NCBI GenBank assembly: GCA_002774285.1
Contig: PEYT01000009.1
Span: 5,883-29,882, forward strand
Reading direction: 5' to 3'
Source of the DNA: a candidate division WWE3 bacterium CG08_land_8_20_14_0_20_40_13
GTDB taxonomy: Bacteria > Patescibacteriota > WWE3 > 0-14-0-20-40-13
DNA: 24,000 nt
Part shown: piece by piece, positions 16,013-24,000 of the stretch
Layout of the letters: each line of letters opens with the position of its first letter
Numbering within the stretch: the stretch's first letter is position 1
Notes under the pieces: generated by a model
What the model was told of the DNA's origin: nothing
Seen by the model: only the letters and a program-made list of their open reading frames with translations
Database searches by the model: none
Position numbers and translations under genes: made by a program

Positions 16013-17787
16013 AACAAGAAAACGAACTTTTCACAATCCGACATTCGTGTGAGCATGTGCTTATGCAAGCCATGGAGAATTTAGGATATAAAATCCTAAA
16101 AGCAATGGGACCTGCAACCGATGACGGATTTTATTTTGATTTTGATTTATTAGATGGGAGGATAACCGAAGAAGATTTTCCAAAGATTGAAGCAGAGATG
16201 TTACGGATAAAATCTCAAAATCTCCCCATCTCCCGTATCTCCCTTACTCCCCCTATTTCCCTACAACTTTTTAAAGATAATCCGTATAAGCTTGAATGGG
16301 TTGCCGAAGCGATAAAACGAAACGACCCCATTACCGCTTACTGGACTGGGGAACCAAATAAAAAGGGGTCTTTTGTGGATCTTTGCGCAGGTCCTCATGT
16401 TACCAATACTTCAGAGATTGGGTTTTTTAAATTACTCTCTGTTGCGGGCGCTTATTGGCGGGGGAGTGAAAAAAACAAAATGCTGACAAGGGTTTACGGA
16501 ACAGCATTTCCAACACAAAAAGAACTTGACGATTATCTTGCCCTTCAAGAAGAAATAAAAAAACGCGATCATAGAAAGCTTGGTCGGGACCTTGAACTTT
16601 TTACTTTTTCGGAGGAAATCGGTCCCGGACTTCCCTTATGGCTTCCGGCTGGAACCACAATTAAAGACGAATTGGAAAAGTGGGGAAAGGAAACCGAGGA
16701 AAAATGGGGATATCAAAGGGTATCGACTCCGTTTTTGACTAAACGAAAGCTTTTTGAAATATCCGGGCATGTTCCGTATTTTGAAGAAGAAATGTATAAG
16801 GTTCATGTTCCCAGGGACGAAAAGGACGAATATTTTATCCGACCCATGAATTGTCCTTTTCACCATATGATTTTTAAGTCGCAACTTAGAAGTTACAAAG
16901 AGCTACCCCTCCGGCTTGCAGAGTACGGACATGTGGCGAGATATGAAGATGCAGGATCTTTAAATGGAATATTAAGACCGCGGTTTTTTTGTCAAAATGA
17001 CGCTCACATATATTCTACGGAAGATCAGGCGGTTGATGAATTTGTTTCGGTCGTCAATTTGCATCGCTACTATTACGATACTCTTGGATTAAAAAACTAT
17101 CACATAGTCCTCTGTTTAAGAGATCCAAAAAAGAAAGGGAAGTACCACGGTAACGAAACTATGTGGCAAAAGGCCGAGAAATTATCGCGGGAGGCTTTAG
17201 AAAAATCCAAGATAGAATACGCTGTAGAAAATGAAGGGGCCGCGCATTATGGGCCAAAAATGGACTTTAAGATAAAATCCGCAATCGGAGCGGAATATGG
17301 GATATCCACCAATCAAATAGATCTTTTTATGCCAAAAAGATTTAATTTAACCTATATCGACAAAGACGGAAAGGAAAAACTTGTCGTTGTACAACACCGC
17401 GCCCCACTTGGCTCCAGCGAAAGGTTTGTTGGGTTTTTAATTGAGCATTTTTCCGGTAACTTCCCCTTGTGGTTATCTCCAACCCAAGTACAAATAATTC
17501 CAATTTCTAACCAATTAGACAAGTATGTTCAAAAAATCCTAAATTATCTAATCGATCAAAATATTAGAACCCGAGCCAATCTAGAAAGCGACACCATGCA
17601 AAACAAGATAAGAAAGGCGCAGGAATTAAAAATTCCCGTAATGGTAATTATAGGAAATAAAGAAAAAGATCAAGAAAAAATATCCGTCCGATATCGCGAT
17701 GGAAAACAAGAAAATCTTATAGAACTTGAGGCATTTACAAAAACACTTAAGGATCGTATAATTGCCAAGTCGTTAGACATATACTGA
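16009..17787 (+). CDS. thrS: Threonyl-tRNA synthetase (no N-terminal TGS domain)
   Basis: 592 aa. Editing-domain motifs HSCEHV and CAGPH, a class II catalytic core (RPMNCPFH, FCQNDAH, VQHRAPLGSSERF), and a C-terminal anticodon-binding domain. Confidence 0.95.
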   Translation: MKQENELFTIRHSCEHVLMQAMENLGYKILKAMGPATDDGFYFDFDLLDGRITEEDFPKIEAEMLRIKSQNLPISRISLTPPISLQLFKDNPYKLEWVAEAIKRNDPITAYWTGEPNKKGSFVDLCAGPHVTNTSEIGFFKLLSVAGAYWRGSEKNKMLTRVYGTAFPTQKELDDYLALQEEIKKRDHRKLGRDLELFTFSEEIGPGLPLWLPAGTTIKDELEKWGKETEEKWGYQRVSTPFLTKRKLFEISGHVPYFEEEMYKVHVPRDEKDEYFIRPMNCPFHHMIFKSQLRSYKELPLRLAEYGHVARYEDAGSLNGILRPRFFCQNDAHIYSTEDQAVDEFVSVVNLHRYYYDTLGLKNYHIVLCLRDPKKKGKYHGNETMWQKAEKLSREALEKSKIEYAVENEGAAHYGPKMDFKIKSAIGAEYGISTNQIDLFMPKRFNLTYIDKDGKEKLVVVQHRAPLGSSERFVGFLIEHFSGNFPLWLSPTQVQIIPISNQLDKYVQKILNYLIDQNIRTRANLESDTMQNKIRKAQELKIPVMVIIGNKEKDQEKISVRYRDGKQENLIELEAFTKTLKDRIIAKSLDIY

Positions 17788-17788
17788 T

Positions 17789-18295
17789 TTGAAAAGGTAC
17801 ATTACAAACAATTTTATACGCGCCACAGAATTACGGGTTATTGGAAACCAAGGGGAAAATCTTGGTGTACTTAAAACAACCGAGGCGCAGGAATTGGCAA
17901 AATCGCAAGGACTTGACTTAATTTTGGTCGCCGCAAAGGCGGTGCCGCCTGTCGCTAAAATATCAAACTTTAAGAAATTTCTATACGATGAAAAACACAA
18001 GGAATCCAAAGGCAAAACAAAAGGTACTGGCGAACTTAAGGAATTTAAACTAAGCCCAAATATCGGCGAAGGAGATATCTCATTTAGAATCCGACGAGCG
18101 CGGGAGTTTATTACGGAAGATAAAGACAAGGTCAAGTTTACCGTACAATTTAAAGGCAGGGAGATTGCATATCCCGATTTTGGTCGACAGAAACTTGTTA
18201 GGGTTATGGCAGAACTTATCGATATCGGAGATGTTGATGAGGATATAAAGCTTAAAGGCAATCGGATGACAGTAACAATACGCCCAAAGAAATAA
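17789..18295 (+). CDS. infC: Translation initiation factor IF-3, non-ATG/GTG start
   Basis: IRATELRVIGNQGENLG, PPVAKISNFKKFLY, FKGREIAYP. There is no ATG or GTG between the thrS stop and the conserved N-terminal block. The start must be TTG 17789, ATT 17801 or similar. Confidence 0.9.
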   Translation: MKRYITNNFIRATELRVIGNQGENLGVLKTTEAQELAKSQGLDLILVAAKAVPPVAKISNFKKFLYDEKHKESKGKTKGTGELKEFKLSPNIGEGDISFRIRRAREFITEDKDKVKFTVQFKGREIAYPDFGRQKLVRVMAELIDIGDVDEDIKLKGNRMTVTIRPKK

Positions 18296-18318
18296 CTTTG
18301 AAATTTTAACTTGTTAAC

Positions 18319-18510
18319 ATGAAACATAAAACTAATAAAACTGCCGCGAAGAGATTTAAAGTAACGGCGACCGGTAAACTTTTAAGACGCGCTGGTGGTA
18401 CTTCACACTTAAGAAGGAAAGAAGATTCCTCCCGCGCCAATCGAAAACGGCAATTAGTTAAAGTTTCAGGTTTATCATTAAAAAAGATTTTGAGAGCTAT
18501 AATTTCTTGA
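18319..18510 (+). CDS. rpmI: 50S ribosomal protein L35
   Basis: 63-aa basic ORF (MKHKTNKTAAKRFKVTATGKLLRR...) in the conserved infC-rpmI-rplT position. Confidence 0.9.
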   Translation: MKHKTNKTAAKRFKVTATGKLLRRAGGTSHLRRKEDSSRANRKRQLVKVSGLSLKKILRAIIS

Positions 18511-18540
18511 TATTAAGTTCTTAATTCTGAGTTAATTAAA

Positions 18541-18894
18541 ATGCCACGAGCAAAAACAGGAACAAAAAGATCAGACAAACATAAAAAAATATTAAAGGCC
18601 GTAAAAGGTTATAAGCTTACGCGTTCCAAGCATTTTAAAAGAGCCAACGAAGCTTACTTAAAGGCGGGGGAAGAAGCTTTTGCCGGAAGAAGAATAAAAA
18701 GACGGGATTTAAGAACATTATGGATCCAACGAATCGGCGCCGCTCTAAGCGAATACGGTCTTAAATACGGAATGTTTATAAGCGCCCTTAAAAAAAATAA
18801 AATTACGCTTGATAGAAAAATACTTTCCGATTTAGGCACAAGGCATCCAAAAGTTTTTAAGGCCGTCGTAGAGAGCGTAAAGACCAAGGAATAG
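18541..18894 (+). CDS. rplT: 50S ribosomal protein L20
   Basis: 117-aa ORF (MPRAKTGTKRSDKHKKILKAVKGY..., RRDLRTLWIQRIGAA) with conserved synteny. Confidence 0.95.
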   Translation: MPRAKTGTKRSDKHKKILKAVKGYKLTRSKHFKRANEAYLKAGEEAFAGRRIKRRDLRTLWIQRIGAALSEYGLKYGMFISALKKNKITLDRKILSDLGTRHPKVFKAVVESVKTKE

Positions 18895-18904
18895 CTTTTT
18901 TTGT

Positions 18905-19900
18905 ATGGCACACGATATTGCCCAACTCCGCGACCTTCTTGAATCCCAAATTAAAGAGGTCACTACCCCAGAATCTCTACAAAAAATTGAGGCGGAATTT
19001 TTAGGAAGAACCGGACATATTTCAAATCTTATCTCACAGATAAAAAATATCGCTCCTGAAAATAAAAGGGCTTATGGGGAAAATATAAACCAGCTAAAAA
19101 ATTACATTCGTGAAACCTTGCTTGCAAAAGGAAGTACGATATCATCCAACAATAAGACACCGTTAGACCTTACCATCCCCGGAATACGGCCCCAATCGGG
19201 AAGGCTACATCCTACAACCATTACCATTAACCGTCTAAATTATTTTTTTAGGTACTATGGATTTAGCGTCACTGACGGGAATGAAATTGTTACTAACAGG
19301 ATAAATTTTGAGCTTTTAAACTTGCCACCAGATCATCCGGCGAGAGATTTACAAGACTCTCTGTATATTGAAGAACCAAATATCCTACTTAGAACTCACA
19401 CAAGTTCTGTGGAGGTGGAGACTATGATTAAAGAAAAGCCGCCTATACGAGTTGTCGTTCCGGGACGCTGTTTTAGAAACGAAACCGCAAACTCCACAAA
19501 TGGCGCAGTATTTTACCAGTACGAAGGCCTGTATGTTGATGAAAATGTCACCATGGGAAATCTTAAATGGATTTTGGAAAAATTTGCGAAGTTCGTGTAC
19601 GGAGACAAAATTAAAACTCGTTTCCGCGCAAAATATTATCCCCAAGTGGAACCGGGGGCCGGATTTGATGTACTTTGTACTTTTTGTGGAGGGGAGGGTT
19701 GCTCAGTTTGTAAATACCGCGGATATATTGAGCTTATCGGATGCGGAATGGTCCACCCCAACGCTTTAAAAAAATGCGGGGTTGATAATTTAAAATATTC
19801 TGGTTTTGCCTTTGGCATGGGTCTTGACCGTATTGTAATGACAACATTTAACATTCCGGATATCCGGGTACTATATAATGGCGATTTGTGTCTTAGTTAA
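18905..19900 (+). CDS. pheS: Phenylalanyl-tRNA synthetase alpha subunit
   Basis: 331 aa. HPARDLQDSLY, LLRTHTSSV, the class II motifs (GRCFRNE, GFAFGMGLDRI), and the Cys-rich insert CTFCGGEGCSVCK that is common in bacterial PheS. Confidence 0.95.
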   Translation: MAHDIAQLRDLLESQIKEVTTPESLQKIEAEFLGRTGHISNLISQIKNIAPENKRAYGENINQLKNYIRETLLAKGSTISSNNKTPLDLTIPGIRPQSGRLHPTTITINRLNYFFRYYGFSVTDGNEIVTNRINFELLNLPPDHPARDLQDSLYIEEPNILLRTHTSSVEVETMIKEKPPIRVVVPGRCFRNETANSTNGAVFYQYEGLYVDENVTMGNLKWILEKFAKFVYGDKIKTRFRAKYYPQVEPGAGFDVLCTFCGGEGCSVCKYRGYIELIGCGMVHPNALKKCGVDNLKYSGFAFGMGLDRIVMTTFNIPDIRVLYNGDLCLS

Positions 19901-19908
19901 CCCCAGCG

Positions 19909-21756
19909 ATGAATCTACCAATTGAATGGCTAAAAAAATATCTTGATGTGTCGCATCTAGATTCTTGCGATTTAGAAAATTCTCTTACCGCTCTAGGATT
20001 TATGAAAGACGCTCCAACAAAAAACGAAGTTATTAGTCTTGAAGTCCGTCAAAACCGGCCTGATTGTTTAAGTGTCTTGGGACTTGCCAGAGAAATTTCT
20101 GCGGTAAACAAAATTGCGATTAACACCCCAGAGCTTGGTAATATTTTAAATGTAAAAAATGATCAAGGTCTTGTTTCTATAAAAAGACCCGCCTTGATAA
20201 AAAGATTTACCGCGGTAAAAATTGATAATTTAAAAGTTTCTTCTTCACCGGAGTGGATGCAAAAACTACTTTCCCTTTACGGGATTCCTTCTATTAACAA
20301 TATTGTAGATATTACAAATTTTGTTATGGTTGAAATTGGACAACCCATGCACCCTTTTGATTTTGATAATATAAAGGGCGGATCGCTTGTGGTAAGAAAT
20401 GCAAAATTAGGCGAATCCCTTGAAACTTTTGATGGACAACATCTATCTCTAAATGGAAGCGATCTGATTATTTCTGATGATATGGGACCTGTAGCTCTTG
20501 CTGGAATCATTGGGGCAAAAAAATCAGGCGTAACTAACCAAACTACAACCGTTCTTTTGGAAGCCGCCGTTTACGATAACTCCAATATCCGAAAGACTTC
20601 TCGCGAACTTAACATAAGAACGGAAGCAAGCCTCCGTTTAGAGAAATTTTTGTGTCCCGCGCAAACAGAGACGGCAATTAAACGGGCAATTTTTTTAATT
20701 AATGAGATTATTCCAGATGCAAAAATTTCCGGGTACTGTGACCACTACATAACAAAAACTCAACCCCTAACTTTGGACATTGATCCAAAAGAAGTAAAAA
20801 GAATAGGCGGTATCACGGTAACAAAAAATGAAATATCGAATGCTCTGGTAAGTTTTGGGTTTTTAAATGATTCATTTAAGAAGGGTTTTACGGTCCCATA
20901 TTTTAGAACCGATATTGAACAAAAGGAGGATTTGATAGAAGAAGTATTGCGCTATCGTGGTTACAGTAAAATACCGTCGTTGCCAATACTAAATTCACCC
21001 CCAGACGAAAAAACCTCAAACAAAACTTTAGTTTCCGACCGCCTTAAAGAGTTTCTGACAAATCTTGGATTTCACGAACAAATAACAAATCCTCTTGTTA
21101 AAAAGGATGGAAACACCTCAAGAATCATTCTTCAAAATCCATTAAACAAAGATAAGGACTCCTTAAGACTTTCTGTAACAGAAACTCTAAAAGCCGCGGC
21201 CAATACCTACAAGAAACACAGAGCTTCCTCATTTAGACTATTTGAAATTGGAAATATTTATTTTAAAAACAATACCGGATTTAAAGAAGAGCCTTCCCTT
21301 GCATGTGTTTTTTCCAACCAATTTTCCTTTAGACAAGTTAAAGGTTATTTGGAACAGATTATGATTTTTCTTAATCTTAAAGAAGATCAAGTTGTTTCTC
21401 TTACCGCTAGTAGCTTTGAGATGGGCCTTAAAGAAGTTTCCCTTAAAGGGATTAATGAAAATTACAAAGTATCGTGGAATTTTTTGCATGCATATAGTGA
21501 GGAAATATCCTTCTTAATTGACTCCCCAAGGGCAGTAGGAAATATTCTCACGGAGGTTAAGAAAAGACTGGATCCCTCTGTAGAAGTTGCGCTTGTAGAT
21601 ATATATAGTGGGGAAGGTATTCCCTCCACAAAAAAATCTGTACAGCTAAAGGTGACTGTTTCTTCGGAAGAAAATTTGAACCCCTCGGCCGCGGCTAAAA
21701 AGATCGTCGCGGTGCGAGTGGCCTTAGAGAAAATTGGCGCTGAAATTAGAAGATAG
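19909..21756 (+). CDS. pheT: Phenylalanyl-tRNA synthetase beta subunit, short form without the N-terminal OB tRNA-binding domain
   Basis: 615 aa. The B1 N-terminus (MNLPIEWLKKYL) runs directly into the NRPDCLSVLGLAREI block. It also has B3/4, B5 and a C-terminal FDX-ACB-like domain. Follows pheS after an 8-nt gap. Confidence 0.9.
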   Translation: MNLPIEWLKKYLDVSHLDSCDLENSLTALGFMKDAPTKNEVISLEVRQNRPDCLSVLGLAREISAVNKIAINTPELGNILNVKNDQGLVSIKRPALIKRFTAVKIDNLKVSSSPEWMQKLLSLYGIPSINNIVDITNFVMVEIGQPMHPFDFDNIKGGSLVVRNAKLGESLETFDGQHLSLNGSDLIISDDMGPVALAGIIGAKKSGVTNQTTTVLLEAAVYDNSNIRKTSRELNIRTEASLRLEKFLCPAQTETAIKRAIFLINEIIPDAKISGYCDHYITKTQPLTLDIDPKEVKRIGGITVTKNEISNALVSFGFLNDSFKKGFTVPYFRTDIEQKEDLIEEVLRYRGYSKIPSLPILNSPPDEKTSNKTLVSDRLKEFLTNLGFHEQITNPLVKKDGNTSRIILQNPLNKDKDSLRLSVTETLKAAANTYKKHRASSFRLFEIGNIYFKNNTGFKEEPSLACVFSNQFSFRQVKGYLEQIMIFLNLKEDQVVSLTASSFEMGLKEVSLKGINENYKVSWNFLHAYSEEISFLIDSPRAVGNILTEVKKRLDPSVEVALVDIYSGEGIPSTKKSVQLKVTVSSEENLNPSAAAKKIVAVRVALEKIGAEIRR

Positions 21757-21760
21757 CCCT

Positions 21761-24000
21761 CTAGTTACTGGAGTAATCGGTCTTTTCGGTTGGAGGAAAA
21801 TACATAGACTCTTCGCTGGAATCGCGGTCATAAACTTCATCAACCCAACTGTCAACAGCTTCCTGCCATTCCGGAAATTCCCCCAAAAGATGAGCAAATA
21901 CCTTATCTTTGGTATTGTCATCTTTTTTACAATCGTCGTTAGGAAAAAGATTATCCTCTTTACATATTTCAATAATCTCAACCCACGGACTGTAAGCCAA
22001 AGGTTCGGTGCCTTTTATATAGTATTCCACTCTTTCCTCCTCAATCTTCTCGTAGGGCTTATATCCTGTAAGTTTTCCTGTTGTCCATTTAATTACATTA
22101 TCAGGTTGCACAAATTTTTCGTCTTCTTTATCTTGCAGTAGTTCTTTCATTACCAAATTCCAAATAGGAGCCGCCCCAGTAACTCCGGAGGCCAAAGTAG
22201 GATCCATTGGGGCTCCATCATTATTTCCAGCCCAAACTCCAAGTGAATAAGTAGGGGTAAAACCTACCGCCCAGTTATCTTTTTTGTCATCGGTAGTCCC
22301 TGTCTTTACGGCCACCGTATGCTTAGGGATATTTAAATAGGATCCATATCCAAAAATCGGCGCGCGAGCATCGCTGTCAGCCAGAATGTTGGAAATAATA
22401 AAAGCCGTTCCCTTATCTAGTGCCAATTCTGGATGGGATTTATGACTAAATAGGATGTTTCCTTTTTGATCTTCTACGGACTCAATTCCGTAGGGGTAAT
22501 TGTAAGTGCCTTCATTGGCAAAAACGGTATACGCGCCGGTCAACTCCAAAAGTTTTACCTCCCCACCTCCTAAGGTTAGCGCCAATCCATAATACTTAGG
22601 ATCGTAGGTTAAGGTAGAAATTCCCATATCGTTTGCAGTTTTTACCATATTTGAAATACCAACAAGTTTTAACATCTTAACAGCCGGAATGTTGACCGAT
22701 TGAGCTAGGGCATACCGCATTTGAATAGGACCACGGAATTTACCATCGTAATTTTTTGGGATGTAATCTTTCTCCTCGTCTCCCGACTTAAAATTTGTTT
22801 GTACATCTAACAAAGGATAACTTGCGGTGTAACCCATTTTTAACGCGGTAGCGTAAGTTATCGGCTTTATTGATGATCCGGGCTGACGAGGCGATGTAGA
22901 AACATTTACCTGACCGTCATCGGTGCTGTTAAAAAAATCTTTTGATCCGACCATTGATAAAATTTCTCCGGTTTTGGAATTTAAAACAACAAGGGAAGCA
23001 TTACCTACTTTTAAATAAGCCTCCTTTGCCACCTCATCGGTAAGAATTTTTTGTGCTTTTTCTTGTATCTTGTAGTCCAGAGTGGTTTTAACCTTGAGAC
23101 CCCCCGACTCTACAAGGTTAACTCCAAAAGTATCCATAAGGCGTTGCCTAACATACATTACAAAATGCGGCGCTTTTAAAAGACTTAAGCCCGACGAAAA
23201 TTTAAGTTCCTCAGATAAGGCTTTATCATAATCCTCATTAGAAAGATATTTTCTGGTACCGCTTTTATCCACCCAACCCTTTTCATGCATCAGCTTTAAA
23301 ACATATTGCTGTCTTTTTTTTGCCGCGTCGGGATTTGTTATGGGAGAATAATTTGTGGGGCTTTGAGGAAGCCCTGCAATAAGCGCCGATTCCGGAAGAG
23401 TTAGATCTTTGGCCTTTTTTCCAAAAAACAGTTGGCTTGCGGCCTCTACTCCCCAAGCAGTGCTACCGTATGGCGCTTCGTTAAAGTACATTGTTAGAAT
23501 TTGATCTTTTGAATATCGCCGTTCTATCTGCAAAGTTAAGACAAGTTCTTTAATTTTCCGTTTAATGGTTCTTTCCGATGTTAAAAGCGCGTTTTTAGCA
23601 AGTTGTTGGGTTAAAGTTGACGCTCCTTGCAAACCTTGCCTTAAGATAATATTTCTTATCGCCCTAACATAGCCTAAAACATCAAACCCATGATGAATAT
23701 AAAAATCCGCGTCTTCTGTCGCTATTGTAGCGTCAATTAAATACGAAGAGACCTGATCAAGCGTTATCAAAGTGCGGTTTTTATTGGCATAAACATCGTA
23801 TAAAAGCTCTCCGTTTCTATCATAAATTTTTGTGGAAATTTCCATTGGTCTTTCGGTAAGTTGAGTAGGTGAAGGAAGATCGCGACTTAAATAAGTAAAC
23901 AAAAAAAGTACCGCAACCGATCCGACCAGAAGTAAAGTGGTTAGTGCGGTAACGACAGGAAGTACTTTTGGCAAAAATCCTTTTTGCTTTTTATTTCCCA
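21761..24000 (-). CDS. Class A penicillin-binding protein (GT51 transglycosylase plus transpeptidase); the true start is probably beyond the window end
   Basis: GT51 motifs (ATIATEDADFYIHHGFD, GASTLTQQLAKN), transpeptidase motifs (SSIKP, the KTGTT box) and an N-terminal TM helix. The frame stays open upstream of the track's TTG 23974 through base 24000 (..GNKKQKGF-LPKVLP), so the 5' end is uncertain. Confidence 0.9.
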   Translation of the reverse strand, partial: GNKKQKGFLPKVLPVVTALTTLLLVGSVAVLFLFTYLSRDLPSPTQLTERPMEISTKIYDRNGELLYDVYANKNRTLITLDQVSSYLIDATIATEDADFYIHHGFDVLGYVRAIRNIILRQGLQGASTLTQQLAKNALLTSERTIKRKIKELVLTLQIERRYSKDQILTMYFNEAPYGSTAWGVEAASQLFFGKKAKDLTLPESALIAGLPQSPTNYSPITNPDAAKKRQQYVLKLMHEKGWVDKSGTRKYLSNEDYDKALSEELKFSSGLSLLKAPHFVMYVRQRLMDTFGVNLVESGGLKVKTTLDYKIQEKAQKILTDEVAKEAYLKVGNASLVVLNSKTGEILSMVGSKDFFNSTDDGQVNVSTSPRQPGSSIKPITYATALKMGYTASYPLLDVQTNFKSGDEEKDYIPKNYDGKFRGPIQMRYALAQSVNIPAVKMLKLVGISNMVKTANDMGISTLTYDPKYYGLALTLGGGEVKLLELTGAYTVFANEGTYNYPYGIESVEDQKGNILFSHKSHPELALDKGTAFIISNILADSDARAPIFGYGSYLNIPKHTVAVKTGTTDDKKDNWAVGFTPTYSLGVWAGNNDGAPMDPTLASGVTGAAPIWNLVMKELLQDKEDEKFVQPDNVIKWTTGKLTGYKPYEKIEEERVEYYIKGTEPLAYSPWVEIIEICKEDNLFPNDDCKKDDNTKDKVFAHLLGEFPEWQEAVDSWVDEVYDRDSSEESMYFPPTEKTDYSSN

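Noticed and set aside
17773-18327. 184-aa minus-strand ORF spanning all of infC
   Set aside because: It lies exactly antisense to a well-supported conserved gene. Its S/L/F/I-rich low-complexity product is what the complement of K/E-rich codons gives, and it has no recognisable motifs.
15990-18910. T-box, attenuator or L20-binding leaders for thrS, infC/rpmI and pheS
   Set aside because: The spacers are too short: thrS overlaps the upstream gene, the gap before infC is 1 nt, the gaps before rpmI and rplT are 23-30 nt, and the gap before pheS is 10 nt. No T-box sequence was seen.

Overview
AT-rich, densely packed chromosomal segment using the standard bacterial code: TGA, TAA and TAG each terminate conserved genes, and GGAGG-type SD sequences are common. 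Most of the window is housekeeping. Many proteins have lost accessory domains: Klenow-like Pol I, GatB without its helical domain, trigger factor without a PPIase domain, PheT without its OB domain, ThrRS without TGS, and a ClpC-like ATPase without Clp_N. This suggests a small-genome bacterium of the CPR/Patescibacteria type, which is inference only. Left arm, minus strand, one tight operon-like block: polX(PHP)-gatC-gatA-gatB-polA, then a 67-nt spacer carrying a near-consensus CIRCE operator, then a ClpC-like unfoldase that runs off the window start. Centre (7.6-10.6 kb): a tRNA-punctuated accessory islet containing tRNA-Asp, a LysM protein, tRNA-Gly, about 200 nt of nested hairpins, a frameshifted GNAT gene, a DUF218/YdcF-like gene with an in-frame TAA, tRNA-Leu and a four-helix-bundle protein. 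Right arm, plus strand: MacAB-like adaptor/ATPase/permease, tig, clpP, a divergent nucleotidyltransferase, and the conserved thrS-infC-rpmI-rplT-pheS-pheT cluster. A class A PBP converges on pheT and runs off the window end. I found no CRISPR array, transposase, integrase, recognisable defence operon or clearly novel multi-gene system. The items most worth follow-up are small-scale: the CIRCE site in front of a zinc-ribbon ClpC-like gene, a two-tier hairpin that extends gatC and buries the gatA SD, the cluster of mutually exclusive hairpins after tRNA-Gly, the two adjacent decayed genes, and SD-preceded mini-ORFs after clpP.
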